This document shows, in pieces, positions 38,461 to 51,069 of a stretch of DNA of 64,000 nucleotides (position 1 is the first letter of the stretch; the number at the start of each line of letters is the position of its first letter). A model generated the notes under the pieces. The model ran no database searches. It saw only the letters and a list, made by a program, of their open reading frames with translations, and had not been told where the DNA came from. Origin of the DNA: Utricularia gibba (lineage: Eukaryota > Plantae > Magnoliophyta); NCBI GenBank assembly GCA_002189035.1, contig NEEC01000007.1, positions 2,666,001-2,730,000 on the forward strand. Reading direction: 5' to 3'. The position numbers were made by a program, and so were the translations under genes.

Positions 38461-38876
38461 ATTACTAATTTAAGAAACCGAGCAAGTCGGCATTCGACAC
38501 TCGTCTCCGCTTGCGTACTGCAACCATCAGCTGGCGTGAAGCAAGATTTCTTAGTCTCTGGTACTCCTTCCTTTTACAATTTTTTTTGTATTGATTCCAT
38601 GCTATTTGCACTTATCCAGGGTTGTGGTACTCAGAATTTGAGTGTTTCGTGCAAAATCTATTTCAGAAATTCTATCGCGGTATGAGTTTAGGCTTATTTC
38701 TGCAGTGGATTGGGGATTCTTTTGGAAATTTTAGCAGCTTTGTTTGTATGGGTTCTCTTGAGAAAGCTGGTGAATTCTGTAGGAGGAAGTATTGTGGGAG
38801 CATTATAGATTTCGCGTGATCTTGTATTTTATTATTCTATTTTCTATTCAGATTGGAGAGACTGGAAATCTACCTG

Positions 38877-40289
38877 ATGGAAGCAGGTCAGGTTGTTGAT
38901 GGCTATATTTGGTATGAAAACGGAGCATCATATGGCCTAGCCGGCCTTGCTTTGCCTCCTGCAAGGTTAGAACATTCCGCTAGTGTTGGGCATCAAGCAG
39001 GGCCGGCTGTATATCATAATAAAAATGCCGTGGCGGTCGTACCAGATCAACGAAAGAGTGATTCACCTGCAAGTAATGGTCTTGAATGTTTTTGTTATGC
39101 TAGTTTTGCAGAATTTAATGTTGAAAGTTCTTGAACTTTTTATTATGGGATGTGTAATGTAGTCTTATGCATTTCCTAATCCCTGTATCATCCATAGTTT
39201 TATGGTTTTACACGCGCTTTTTGCTTGTTGGTGAATGAAGTGACTGGAAACTTATTTTGATGCGATCCTGCTCATGAGATTGACACATTCATAGATCAAC
39301 AGGTGTATTCCACTGTTATGTCTTCAAGAGTCGGTTGCAAGAGTATTGCCAGAAGGCAGGACTCAAAACTCCCGTATATGAAACAATAAAGCAAGGCCCT
39401 TCTCATGAGCCCATTTTCAGATCAACTGTTACTTTAGGCGATACTACTTATCATTCCTTGCCTGGATTTTTCAATCGCAAGGCAGCAGAGCAGTCAGCAG
39501 CTGAAGTTGCTCTAGTAGAACTTGCCAAGTCTGGTCTTCTGCAAGGGAAATCTCAACCTGTGGTAGCTGTCTCTGATCTTGCTTCTTTTCAAATATTTCT
39601 TGATGCTTGTTTCTCTCAGCTTCGCTGTTCTCTTGAATTGTTACATTAATTATTCTTGTATTGAATTTCAGCAAGAAACAGGTTTATGCAAAAACTTGCT
39701 GCAAGAATATGCTCAGAAGATGAACTTTGCTGCTCCTGTATATGAGTGTCATAGAAATGAGAAACAAGGCCGACCTCCAATGCATCACTGCGTGGTCGAA
39801 ATCGGAGGCACTAAGTACATCGGAACTTCAGCAATGACAAAGAAAGAGGCAGAGATTAAAGCTGCACGCACTGCATTGCTAGCCATACAATCTGCTTCTC
39901 TCATCTCCCAAGATCAGTTACTGAACTCCATGTACACAGTCATTCCACAGAAAAAGAGAGCAGCCCATCAAGGTCTCAGCACTCAGGAGACAGCATCTCC
40001 ATTGAAGCCAAAGAAACGCCCCTTCAAGAAGTATCAGCATAGGAAGCGGCTTGCAAGGAAACGGGTTTCATCAAATGATCTGGTCCCATTAGAGGCTGGG
40101 GCAAGTATTCAGTCAGGAACAACACCTGGTTTCGATGCCGCTGGTGGCACCAAGACTTTTACAGATACTCCTGTAGGAAGAGAAGCCGATTCTATATATG
40201 ATATGCAGGATAAAATGCATTGTGCTTCTCTATCCCAGGAAACAAGTCATGGAGATCAAGGACCTGCTGAAACAGCCATCAGAATCTGA
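38877..40289 (+). CDS. HYL1: Double-stranded RNA-binding protein 1 (HYL1/DRB1-like), miRNA processing
   Basis: dsRBD1 CYVFKSRLQEYCQKAGLKTPVYETIKQGPSHEPIFRSTV..GFFNRKAAEQSAAEVAL; dsRBD2 ETGLCKNLLQEYAQKMN; basic NLS-like tract. Start inferred from a 10-nt coding exon at 38877-38886. Confidence 0.88.
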
Positions 40290-41314
40290 AGCTGATAGCT
40301 TGAAATCAAAACTATGGGCGAGACGAGGTATGTGAATCAACATTGTTTGAGCCAGTTAGTAGTCATTTGATGATTTTCAAGAACAATGCTTGCGTACTCA
40401 TCTAATCAACAGATTTGGGGTTACTTCCAGACACACACTACTGACTCCACTATGCCAGTCTTAGTGCAATGCATTCAACTAATGTCATGACATCGAATAC
40501 TGGATTCGCAAGGCCAAATAACTTCCATGGAATCACCATCCGTTTCATCACCAAGAGCAGGTTGTGTCGCCTGCTTCCACAGGCTCTAACACGAAAACAT
40601 TTTTTCTGTCCCAAAAATAGATATTTTATATATGTATAATGTAATTAAAGTGATAAAAGATAATAGAATGTAAAAATTACATTGTATGACTTTTTGTATA
40701 AAAACTTTTGTTTTCTTGACTAATGTCAAGTTAGATTATTATAAGGTATTTTTGAAAACTAATCATCTTAATATTCTATTTCACACATTAGCACAAAAGT
40801 TTTACATATAGGATGATTATTTTTCAAAATCATCCTTATTATATAGTCATTTGTTGATATACATGTATCTAAAAATGAAGCTCATGTATTCTTATGATTG
40901 ATGTTGTACAAATACTTGCATATTAGTTTTTAAAAATATTTTTTTTATAAATTCAATAAATAAATAAAATAACTTTTTATTGATCATGTTACCATAATAA
41001 TTTAAAATTATGTTATGATTTATATAAAAATATAAAATCAAAGGGATAATTACGTTTGTAAATGAATATTTTTTAAATGGGGCACTACACGGTATGAATT
41101 TCTAAGGTTTTTAAAATTGGCTCGATTGATCCTAATTACAATACCTGACACTGTTAATTACTTTTGTGCTATTGCAAATTCTTCTGCAGCCTGGTGGAGA
41201 AGGATCCGACCCGGTCGATGACGGCGGTGCTGTGGACTAGAATGAAGTTTGGCGTTAATCTACACCACCCCGGTACCATCAGGTAGCCATTCCTTGTGGC
41301 CATATTTTGATAAT

Positions 41315-44161
41315 ATGGCGTCTGTGGTGTGCAACTTCTCTTCTACCGTTTGTCGCCTAACCGTTTGCGGCGGCAACCCGTTGCTTTCCACGCTACTGAA
41401 AACTTCGCCAAAATCCCAGCGCTTCTTTACCGTCGCAATTCCCATATCACCATTTCTCCATGCCTCGCTGAGTAATCATCGTTCCAGGCGCTTTTCTGCT
41501 TTCCCGAAAGCTTATACCCAGATTAGCGAGGAGTTAGTAGTTTTAGGTATTGAGACGAGCTGTGACGATACTGCTGCAGCGGTGGTAAGTGGCGTTGCCG
41601 GGGTTATTGTATATATACTCTGCGTTCACGGCCTGTTCTGATTGAGTACTTTCGCAGGTTCGGGGAAATGGTGAAATTCTTAGTCAAGTTGTCTGCTCCC
41701 AGGTATTTCTAATGATGACAGTGGGAACCAGTACTGTTATTGGCAATCGCAAAAGATCTTATTTTTTGCAATGTAGCACGGACCGCTTTTTTTCATTCAT
41801 TTGTGTTGGCGGACTATAATCGATTATTTGGCCGGTTTAGTGACTGAATGGATAATCTGCAGTGTTGCAAATCCACCCACATATCGTATTAGTTTCACTT
41901 CCGTCATGCTTGCCTTGCCAAAGAATTTGATTTAGTAAATCTGCGTAAAATGTTTTTTTTTTTTTATCAATGTATGTCCCATTTCACAATCCCAAGGCAG
42001 ATCTGCTCGTACGTTATGGAGGTGTTGCTCCTAAGATGGCAGAAGAAGCACATTCATTGGTGATTGATCAAGTACAGACTCGTTGCTGATGCATCAAGTT
42101 TCCATTTTTCTGCATGATTTCACATTTTAGGTGTTGTCTCTGAAGGTAGTGCAAGAGGCTCTTGACAAAGCGAAAATGGAAGCACAAGACCTGTCTGCGG
42201 TAGCTGTTACAATTGGTCCTGGTTTAAGCCTCTGTTTACGTGGTAAGTGTTTCAGCTTTGTTCTTCTCTAGTTCCTAAGTATGCATAATACGACATCCTG
42301 GTTCAATTTTTTTACTTTCAATGATGGAATATTGCAAATGACTCCTTTCAAGTTGCAGTGCCATGTTGCCTGAATGTATCAAGACCATTATTGACAGTCT
42401 GCCTCAGTTGGTGTTAGGAAAGCTCGGAAAATCGCTGGCTTGAATGTTTTACCCATTGTTGGTGTTCATCATATGGAAGCCCATGCCTTGGTTGCAAGGT
42501 TATTAAAGCTTTCTTAGAATCATGGATTGGTTTTTCTTTCATCTAGCTTGGTTAAAGGAATCTTCCATGTACCATTTGTGCATACAAATGCATTTAGGCT
42601 AGTGCAGAGAGAGTTGCAGTTTCCTTTCTTGGCGTTGCTTGTCTCAGGTATGAGCTATCCTTTGAAGTGAATTATTTACTCCAATGATGGCTGCATTTCT
42701 TAATAGTCGTCATTTTCTGGCCAAATAATTCCCCTTGTAGAATATGTATGCTTTCTACAGATACATTTTTCATCAGTAATGTTTTTAGCAAACAAATTTG
42801 TATTCAGGAGGCCACAATCTCCTTATTCTTGCACGCGAGCTTGGCCACTATATACAACTTGGAACCACAATTGACGATGCCATTGGTGAGGCGTATGATA
42901 AGACAGCAAAATGGCTTGGTCTTGATATGAGTAAAAGCGGAGGCCCTGCAGTGGAAGAGCTGGCACAAGAGGGTGATGAGCAATCCATTAATTTCAAGGC
43001 CAGTGTTCTTCTCGAACTTCCCTTTTTTTATTTAATTTTAGTTTTAATATCCTAGATTTTTTTGCTCAAGGTGTTTTGTGGTCTCAGGTCCCTATGAAAC
43101 AACATAAAGACTGCAACTTTTCATATGCAGGACTCAAGACTCAAGTTAAGCTGGCGATCGAGTCAAAAAATATGTATTCTCTCTTTATAACTCTGTACAA
43201 CATATTCTCCAAGTTTCTTTTCTGTGAAAAGATGTCTCCTGATCATTCATTCTATTGGTGATAGTGATGCTGGGATTCCTATTGCATCATCCACCGTCGA
43301 GGATCGTAAGGCTCGTGCTGATATAGCTGCCTCTTTCCAGGTTATTTTTTATTCATCATGATTTCTTTCTACGATATTGTCTTTTGGTCTCTATTTCTTA
43401 GTATTCATGTTCTTGTACAGAGAGTGGCTGTACTCCATTTAGAAGATAAGTGTTCACGAGCAATTGAATGGGCATTGAAGTTGGAACCCTCCATAAAACA
43501 CATGGTGCATGAAATATATCTCCTTGCATTTTCCTTTGATTACACACTCTGGTATTTAATTTTCTATGCACAGGTTGTATCAGGTGGTGTTGCATCCAAC
43601 AAGTATGTAAGAACTCAGCTTACAAAGATTGCTGAGAAAAATCAACTTCAACTTGTGTGCCCTCCTCCTCACCTTTGCACGGACAATGGTGTGTCTGCTT
43701 TTTCTTATCAAACCCTGATGTGTAGATCAGAAACACCTTCATGCGTCTTTTTAGAGAATCATGCAGTTCCTGTCAGCAGAAAGAAAACACTTTGTGCAAC
43801 TCTTTCTGTCAACTTGTTGTTGGCTCATTACCTCGTGATGGCTGCCTTCATCTGATGACAGGAGTGATGATTGCATGGACGGGTATGGAGCATTTCAAGA
43901 TGGGGCGATGTGATCCTCCACCGCCTGCTTGCGAACCTGAAGATGCTGTGGTATGTATCTCTCTCATTTGCTTCATGAAAACCAGGCCGGCCAGATTTAT
44001 GCTGGGAAGCTTAGTTGTGTGGTGAATGCATGAATTAGCTTGATCTGCGACCACGATGGCCGCTGGGAGAGGAGTACGCCGAGGGGAGGAGCAATGCTCG
44101 TTCGCTGAAAACTGCAAGAATTCATCCTTCACTTACATCCCTAATTCAGCAGCCTCACTAG
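41315..44161 (+). CDS. GCP1: Organellar tRNA N6-adenosine threonylcarbamoyltransferase (GCP1/Qri7/TsaD)
   Basis: Transit-peptide-like N-terminus; [71 protein letters not shown]; stop at 44159-44161. Confidence 0.94.
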
Positions 44162-44659
44162 TCCACAGACAACGTTTCTGGTAATCAATCTTTTTCCCCA
44201 AGAAACATCTGAAATGTGTATATCGATCACGGTGCAAATATCCACATAGCATGATGCTTAGAGGTTGGGTTGTTGTATTGGTTTGCCACAAACAATTCGT
44301 TGAAGGCAAGAATAGGGAATCTAAGCAGGCCAACAATGATCCCATGGCGTCTCTCACTGCACTGGAAAGGGGGCTTCAGAAAGCAAGAAGAACGATGGTT
44401 TCAGTTGCAACCAGAAACCACTAAACAGAAGTGCAAGCATGAGACAAAAACCACCCAAAACGACAATGAAGAAGGAGAACACATTTCTACCTAGAGCAAG
44501 GGTTAGGTTAAATTGAAAAAAGCACATATGGAAATGCAACATGAAAACGAGAACAAGGAAAAAGACAAACAACAAATGCCGATTTTCACCTGTTCGAAAG
44601 GCGGATTCCGGCGGGACCGGGATTCGCAACTAGCAAGGGCGGGGAGCGAAGCTTGTGTC

Positions 44660-45370
44660 CATTGGTAGACTGAAGCTATAATGTTGTAGCCAGAAGAGTC
44701 AATTATAGGAAACTTCCTGTTGCAAGACATGTAACCAGCCAAAACAATCCATACTTTCATTTAAGGATCAGTGAAGCATTTGGAAAAGCAAATGATGGCT
44801 CGGCTGGACTATCATTTGATTCACTCTCATGAACATGATGATGGTACGATGTTGGACTATGACACCATCTCCAACAACTTTTATGTAAGTGTGGCACTAA
44901 GTAGTATAGTTTTGATTTCGGATTTCCGTAAAATGGACACCAAAAAATAGAAATAATTTATTTACGTGAATAATTATAAAGAAAATGAAAATTTAGTAAC
45001 TTTTTTTTAAAAAAAATATAGTAAAAATGATGTGCCATTCCAAATTTTCGAAAATGATTGGAGATCTCCTGAGAATATTGGATATGATGTTATGGAATTT
45101 GAACCTTTGACATGCTTTTCCTTGCAAGGGCTGCTTGCATCCGATGATGGTTACGACAATGAATGCATCTCTGCTACATCTCTTGGAACAATTGAAATAC
45201 TGACTTGTAATCCCATTCAGAGCCATGCCCTGACCTCTCTTGCCAAATCTGTGGAATGCGGATACACAGCCACTTTTCACCATGGGTGGAAACCTCAATC
45301 GATGAAGCCACATGGAAATGTGGGTGCTGTCGTAAATAAAGAGATATCTGAGCTTTTAGACAGTGGAAAG
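44660..45370 (-). pseudogene. Possible highly degenerate PLS-class PPR relic
   Basis: Frame-switching peptide pieces GMALNG / DYKSVFQLFQEM*QR / DAFIVVTIIG, and VWIVL..DSSGYNIIASVYQW resembling P and E motifs. Several stops and shifts; resemblance judged by eye only. Confidence 0.35.
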
Positions 45371-45543
45371 TAAGCTTTTTAGACAGGTATAAAAGATGCT
45401 GTGAGTGGTGTCTGGTTCATTTATTCGATTGGTTGTTCTAGGGATCTCTTACTGATCTCCTTCCAAACATGGTATGCTTGCTTTGCTTTATACTTGTTCT
45501 GTGTAACCCTCTGCTTCTACGGTTGCTCACTGAGTGCACACGA

Positions 45544-45570
45544 TTTTTTTTTTTTTTTTTTTTTTTTTTT
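45544..45570. repeat. T27 homopolymer downstream of the RING gene
   Basis: Direct reading of the sequence. Confidence 0.95.
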
Positions 45571-45831
45571 GCACTTTGATTATACTATTGCAAGGTTTGC
45601 GGTGATCTATCATACAGAAAAAACTCATTTTGACCATCAAAAGGGAGATAAAGCGGCAAGCAAAACATCCTGTTTGAACCAGTGATGAACATCATCACTT
45701 TCTGTTTCCAGTTCACAAAAACAGAAAAATGTATTCCTACATTTCTCACTCTCCCCATAACTCATCTGGTTCAAACAATTGTTATCTCAGAGAAGATTCT
45801 CTTGAACATATGGAAGCAGCAAATAAGCCAC

Positions 45832-48497
45832 TCAACTAGTCTGAAAGGTGTCGAGCACGGGAAAACTGCATATTGGGCACTTCCCGGTGCACTGGACAAG
45901 CTCCTCTGCACATCTTGAACAGGTGCACATATGCCCACATCTGCAAGGATGAGGACATAAGAAGTCATTTGGGTGGCGTGACCACATGGAGGCATGTGTT
46001 TCTAGTGAAACAAATCCACATATGAGTACGATATTGGTGCTGTTTTTACAGCAAGCGCTTTTGTCCTCAAATGGTTGGAGTACCTGTACAGTAAGGAATT
46101 GATGCTGCCATCGCGGCATACACAGCAAATACCTCTCCTTAGACAGTCCCAGTTGGAGTCTTCATCTTTTGTATCTCGAGTGGATTCATCTGCATTTTTC
46201 ACAGGAGAAGTGTTAAAAAAAAAAAGAAACTATATGGAGTTTTGCGAGTAAGTTGATAACTTGCCTATGCTTGTGATTAAGTGGTTTGAAACGGAAACCT
46301 CTTGTTGCATGGAGCGTTGCAGCTCACTTTGCATGTCCAGGCAATCTTCAAGCATATTTTGGATGGTGTTCATCTTCTCCTGAAGCCGAGCCATTTCGAT
46401 TCTCAAATCATTAACTACAACCCAATCCTGTCATAAGCGTGCAGAAATAGGTTGTAAGTTGGGAACAATGACACAAGATGGGGCTCACGAGATCAAGTAA
46501 CACCACCATAGTTTGTTGGTTTGAGAAGTGATGCCGCGGCTCCTCATCCTGGAAACAATCCAGCAAAGGAAAAACTGCGTTGAAAAAGGCTGACGCTTGG
46601 TCCTCATTTTCTTCACTTGTGTTCTGGTTGGCCATCATCAAGGAAGGCGATGAACTGTCCAATTCCAAATCACTAGAAAAAAGGCCTTGCCCTTGCACCC
46701 GAGCTTGCAAAATCCTGTTTAAACGCTCACCGAAAGCACCCTGTACAAGATTTGATACTCGTTTCCTGCACCGAGAAAGAGATATGAGAGTCTACTGAAG
46801 AACAAATCTTTGCCTTCGTTTTTTTTTTCAGATTGCACACCTGCTGCAAAGCTCTCTCAGTTCTGTATATCGATCAATATCCTCTGAACCGCAGTGAACT
46901 GAAACAGAGGTTCTCGAGGATTCACAATTTTCCATGGAAGGCGATGACATCCAACTGTTGATAGATCCCTGAAAATCCTGATTTGGCCATTGTCCTCCCA
47001 ATTCCACTGCTTGAGCACCATTATCAGAAGTTTCGCACAGCCACTGATTAGTCAGCTCCTCTGGAGTTCGGCCTTCTGTTCCCTGGATCTCATTCAAGTG
47101 TGATGAAGATCCCAGCGAATCACAGTGTTCAAACATTATCCCTTCCAAGTCTGTAGGGCGATTAATATCATTAGAACATTCATGATGATCATCGCAGGTT
47201 GCACCCCGAGTGTGTAGTGACGTTTCAATGAAAGGATTGAGTTCCCCCTCCTCAACATCCAAAACAGGCAAGTTCCCAACATGCACACTCTTAACATCTA
47301 CAGACAATTTTTGAACGCTTGAATGCCACTGGTAACCCTCTTCATGAAGTGAAGAAACATGATGATCTTCATCAGATACAGAATGATTTCCTGTTGATAC
47401 CATTTCCTTGCATCTCGCTTCTGACTCACAGATGTTTTCATCGCCAGACAATGAATTCTGTTCACTATTGTTGGTCAAAGCCATGGGACTTTTGGTCAAG
47501 AATTCTCCCCTGCATTGCAACAATAATAGAAGCACTTAGCCGATGCAACAAGGACCAACAGTCTGTAATGATACATGCATTGCATAAAAGTGAAATACCT
47601 GAGGCCAGTAACTGTACGCCTTTGTTTTAGCATACCAAGTTCCATGAGAGCAACGGAAGATGGCTTCTTCTCGGGTATCACCTTTTCGTTTCTCAAGAAC
47701 CTCCCTCGAAGAAAAGCCTGAACTATGGAAAATGGGAATGTTAGAACAATCCAATATATTCTTCAACACACGAGCAAGGCTAACATTACCTGAATGCGAT
47801 TGCGATGAGGAAACCCCGAGACCGGCTTTCGCTCCAACAGAGCCATGAGATCTCCTTTCCTCTCCAGCTGAGCCCTCTGGAGAAGATCTGATAGAGTCTG
47901 TCTTCCACAAATTCTTCTAATGGGCCTTTGTGCACGCATTCGATTTCTTACCTGGTCAATTTGCAAATAGGCTCCTGAATCTCTATATCCAACTGCTTCT
48001 CTCTCATTTCTTCGTTGGGTGCATATCTTCCCCCCATCTTTGAAAACCTTCACTCTTTCTCCCCCATTCTGACAATGCCACTGTGAAATAGTTCGGCAAA
48101 AACCATCAGATGAATTAACAACACGTCCATTTGTCATCCATTCTTGAAAAACTTGCCTAACTCTGTCCTTTCCAATCCGTCCCACATCACTCGATTCCGA
48201 GAAATAGCTTAAATTATCCTCATGCTCAGTCTCTGAACCTCCAGCACATTGAATCTCAATGCCATCTGTATCTTCTGATGTAAAACGAGCCCCATCAGAA
48301 CTTGAACCATCCATTCCACTCTTAAAGCTCCCTGTATCGTCTACCACAAACTCCGGCCCTCTTTTTGAGCGGCACGATCTTGGAGTTTTTGGTGTATCGT
48401 CGTCCTGTCGACTTGATGATACGGGAGAATCATAGCGAAACTCCCCAACCGAAGAAAGGCTATAACATGAAAAGTTGTGGAAGCCCGCAACTGCCAT
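45832..48497 (-). CDS. C-terminal RING-finger E3 ubiquitin ligase (plant family with FPHRNRIQ / LRGRFLRN motifs)
   Basis: MAVAGFHN start; [11 protein letters not shown]|[10 protein letters not shown]; coiled coil [13 protein letters not shown]; [21 protein letters not shown]|[17 protein letters not shown]. Includes one GC-AG intron. Confidence 0.9.
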
Positions 48498-50628
48498 TTC
48501 TGAAAGTTTTACATCATCAAACAAAAATCTATAGAACCATTCCGATCAATCATTTCCTGCCTCTGCAAGAAGATCTTGGGGATTATAATGCTTGTAATGA
48601 GCGGTCAAATAAGAAATCAAGAGAAACCTGCAAAAGCTAAAGATCTATAAAGAAAAAGGCAAAAGGAGATAAGATCCATTTTCTGCGAACCAATGATAAG
48701 TTACCTATTAGACAGACAGAAGCCAGAGCAACAGTGCACTCCACAAACGCAGGGCTTCGCCTTTCAAACACAGAACAACCAAAACACACAGAAAACTGAT
48801 GAAAGCACGGTTCTTTCTTCAGCCCCGGTTCCTTTTCTATTCCATTTCAACCAAAGAAAACAACATTTCACTAAAAGTCAAAAAAAGAATCAAAATCTGA
48901 ATTAAGAATGCATTAAAATAATACAATGATCGAACTGCACCTTTCTGATAATTACTGCGCATCAATTTGACGATTAAGGGCGACGCAAAAACATGAGGTG
49001 GGTGTGGGAGCAAGTGGGTGGCACCTATTTTTTGAGAAATTCAATAGGAATGAGTAGAAGACAACGAACGTCAACGCCACGCTGTTGATTCAATACACCA
49101 TACTCACTCAACTCAACTTCTTTGAAACCTCACTGTAACTATATATAATCAAGTTCTCCCTTTCTTTGTGCTTTTTTTTTTTCTTTTTTTCCACACAACA
49201 GTCTTACCACTACACCACTACACTGTTCAAAACCGCAATCAATGACTCCCTACACCTTTTTTTTTTAAAAAAGGCTCGGAAACATGGTGTGTACTGTGTA
49301 GTGTACAGCAAAGGTTCCCTCAAAAACATACACATTATCTTAAGTTGATGGGATAAGTTATTGAGATTCTTTTCCATGCAAAGACTAACGATCTTTTTAA
49401 GGAAAACTAAAGTCTGCAATTCCCTAAGTATCTCAGCCAAGGAAATTGCGGCAACAAAGAAGAAAGTTGGTCCCGCATATCGCAGTTGAGATCAAAAGCC
49501 ATAGATGTACTTGACCTTGGCATCTTCGCCAACAAAGCAAATCGTACACCCTTACCGGCGGCACGGTGGATCAGAACTTCTGACGCCGGGGCCGATCGAG
49601 TGTCGAAACCGTCGGTAACCCGTAACCCTACACTGGTCGATTCTGGTGGCCGCGAATAGATTAGCATGTGGGATTTGGTGCACTGCACCCGTTTCCATAC
49701 TAAAAAAAACACATGAGAGACCACCACGATGAGCGGATGGGTGGACTAAGTGGTAATTTCACACCCTCTCTCGTGTCGAAAATTAAATATCCCAGTCGGC
49801 GGGGCCCATACCTCAATTTTGGAAACATTGCTTCAGTGCTGGGAAAACATGGGGAGGGGCACTTTGGGCAAAAAAAGTGATTGTCACGCCTGCGTTTTAC
49901 AATCCATCCCACGTACCCAATAATTAATTCATATTTTAAAGTCACTCGTTCGTTAATTATTAAAAAAATTGAATAATACATACATATATATGTATATATT
50001 GATCTATCAATTATAGGTACTGTTCTGTTTTCATAATTATTTAAAGTGATTCTATTTAATTTCTAATGATTTTAATCTTTAATAGTCATGTAGAAAAATC
50101 AAAAAAATCAAAATTTATGATTAACTTCATAAATAATTAAATTTATTGAATATATGTTTTATTAATTAAATAAGAAGTTAAGTAAAAAATTCTAATATTC
50201 ATTTTATCTATTCTAAAAATTAAATATACTAAATTTATAATATAATTTTACACTATTTCACAAAACAGTTTTATAATTTAAAAACTGATCATATTCATAT
50301 AATTTAAAAAATGATTATATTTTACATAATTTGCTGACGTACATAATGTACTTGTGCATGTTGCAGTGGGCAAGTGTGCCATGTGGGTACACATCACTCC
50401 ATTGGGTGTCCGATAATTTAGAGAAAATGGTTACCTTTATATTAAATCTATTTAATAATCAATATTAATGCATTATCTTACTGTTTAATGCAAAAAAATA
50501 CTCAATTCCAAAACCGCTTCCTCTGTCTATATATTTGGAAAATTTAAGTTAAATTTTAAAAATATATTTTTTATTATTTTTATTACAAAAATGATCATTT
50601 AAAAATTGAACTGTAGATTGTATAGTTT

Positions 50629-51069
50629 TGATAGGGGATACATCGGTCAGGCATAATTTGATTCTAAAAGGCTGCCAAAAGAGATTCTGAAGGGATAACG
50701 CAAATCGTCAGATTGATATCTATCAGAAATCTAATAAATATGGCCGCATGACACAGTCTGAAAAGCGGACGAATTACGGCATGACAGACGACCAATATCT
50801 GAAAAGCGAGATTGCATAGTAGAAGCACAAAATAGCCGATATTTGCAGACGCCAGCATTCGGATAGATCGAGCTCTTCTATAAATAGAAGAAATCATGAC
50901 GGAGAGATGATTGGACTCGAAGGACTCTTCAACTTGTATTCTCTTCTTCATCAACTTCATCTAGTGGAAATCTATTTCGGTGAGTTCCGACAGCTCCGTG
51001 GTTTTCCCGTTCTCCGACGATTTCCACATAAAAAATCTTCGCCTGTTTTTATTTCACCAAAACCTATCA
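50629..51069 (+). mobile_element. Solo-LTR-like retrotransposon remnant (~441 bp)
   Basis: TG...CA ends with 7-bp inverted termini TGATAGG/CCTATCA; repeated gcatgaca..tctgaaaagcg motifs; TATA-like CTATAAATAG; U5-like gtggttttccc..ttccacataaaa. GC-richer than its flanks. No matching TSD. Confidence 0.55.

Noticed and set aside
40270-40445. Possible frameshift extending the HYL1 C-terminus across the intron at about 40328
   Set aside because: The HYL1 C-terminus is poorly conserved; an intron about 40 nt after the stop is compatible with a normal 3' UTR.
49210-49727. Minus-strand ORFs of 76 and 106 aa upstream of the RING gene
   Set aside because: A strong donor (gccg|gtaag near 49555) and acceptor (ttttgcag near 48631) suggest this is the RING 5' UTR exon and intron; no homology recognised.
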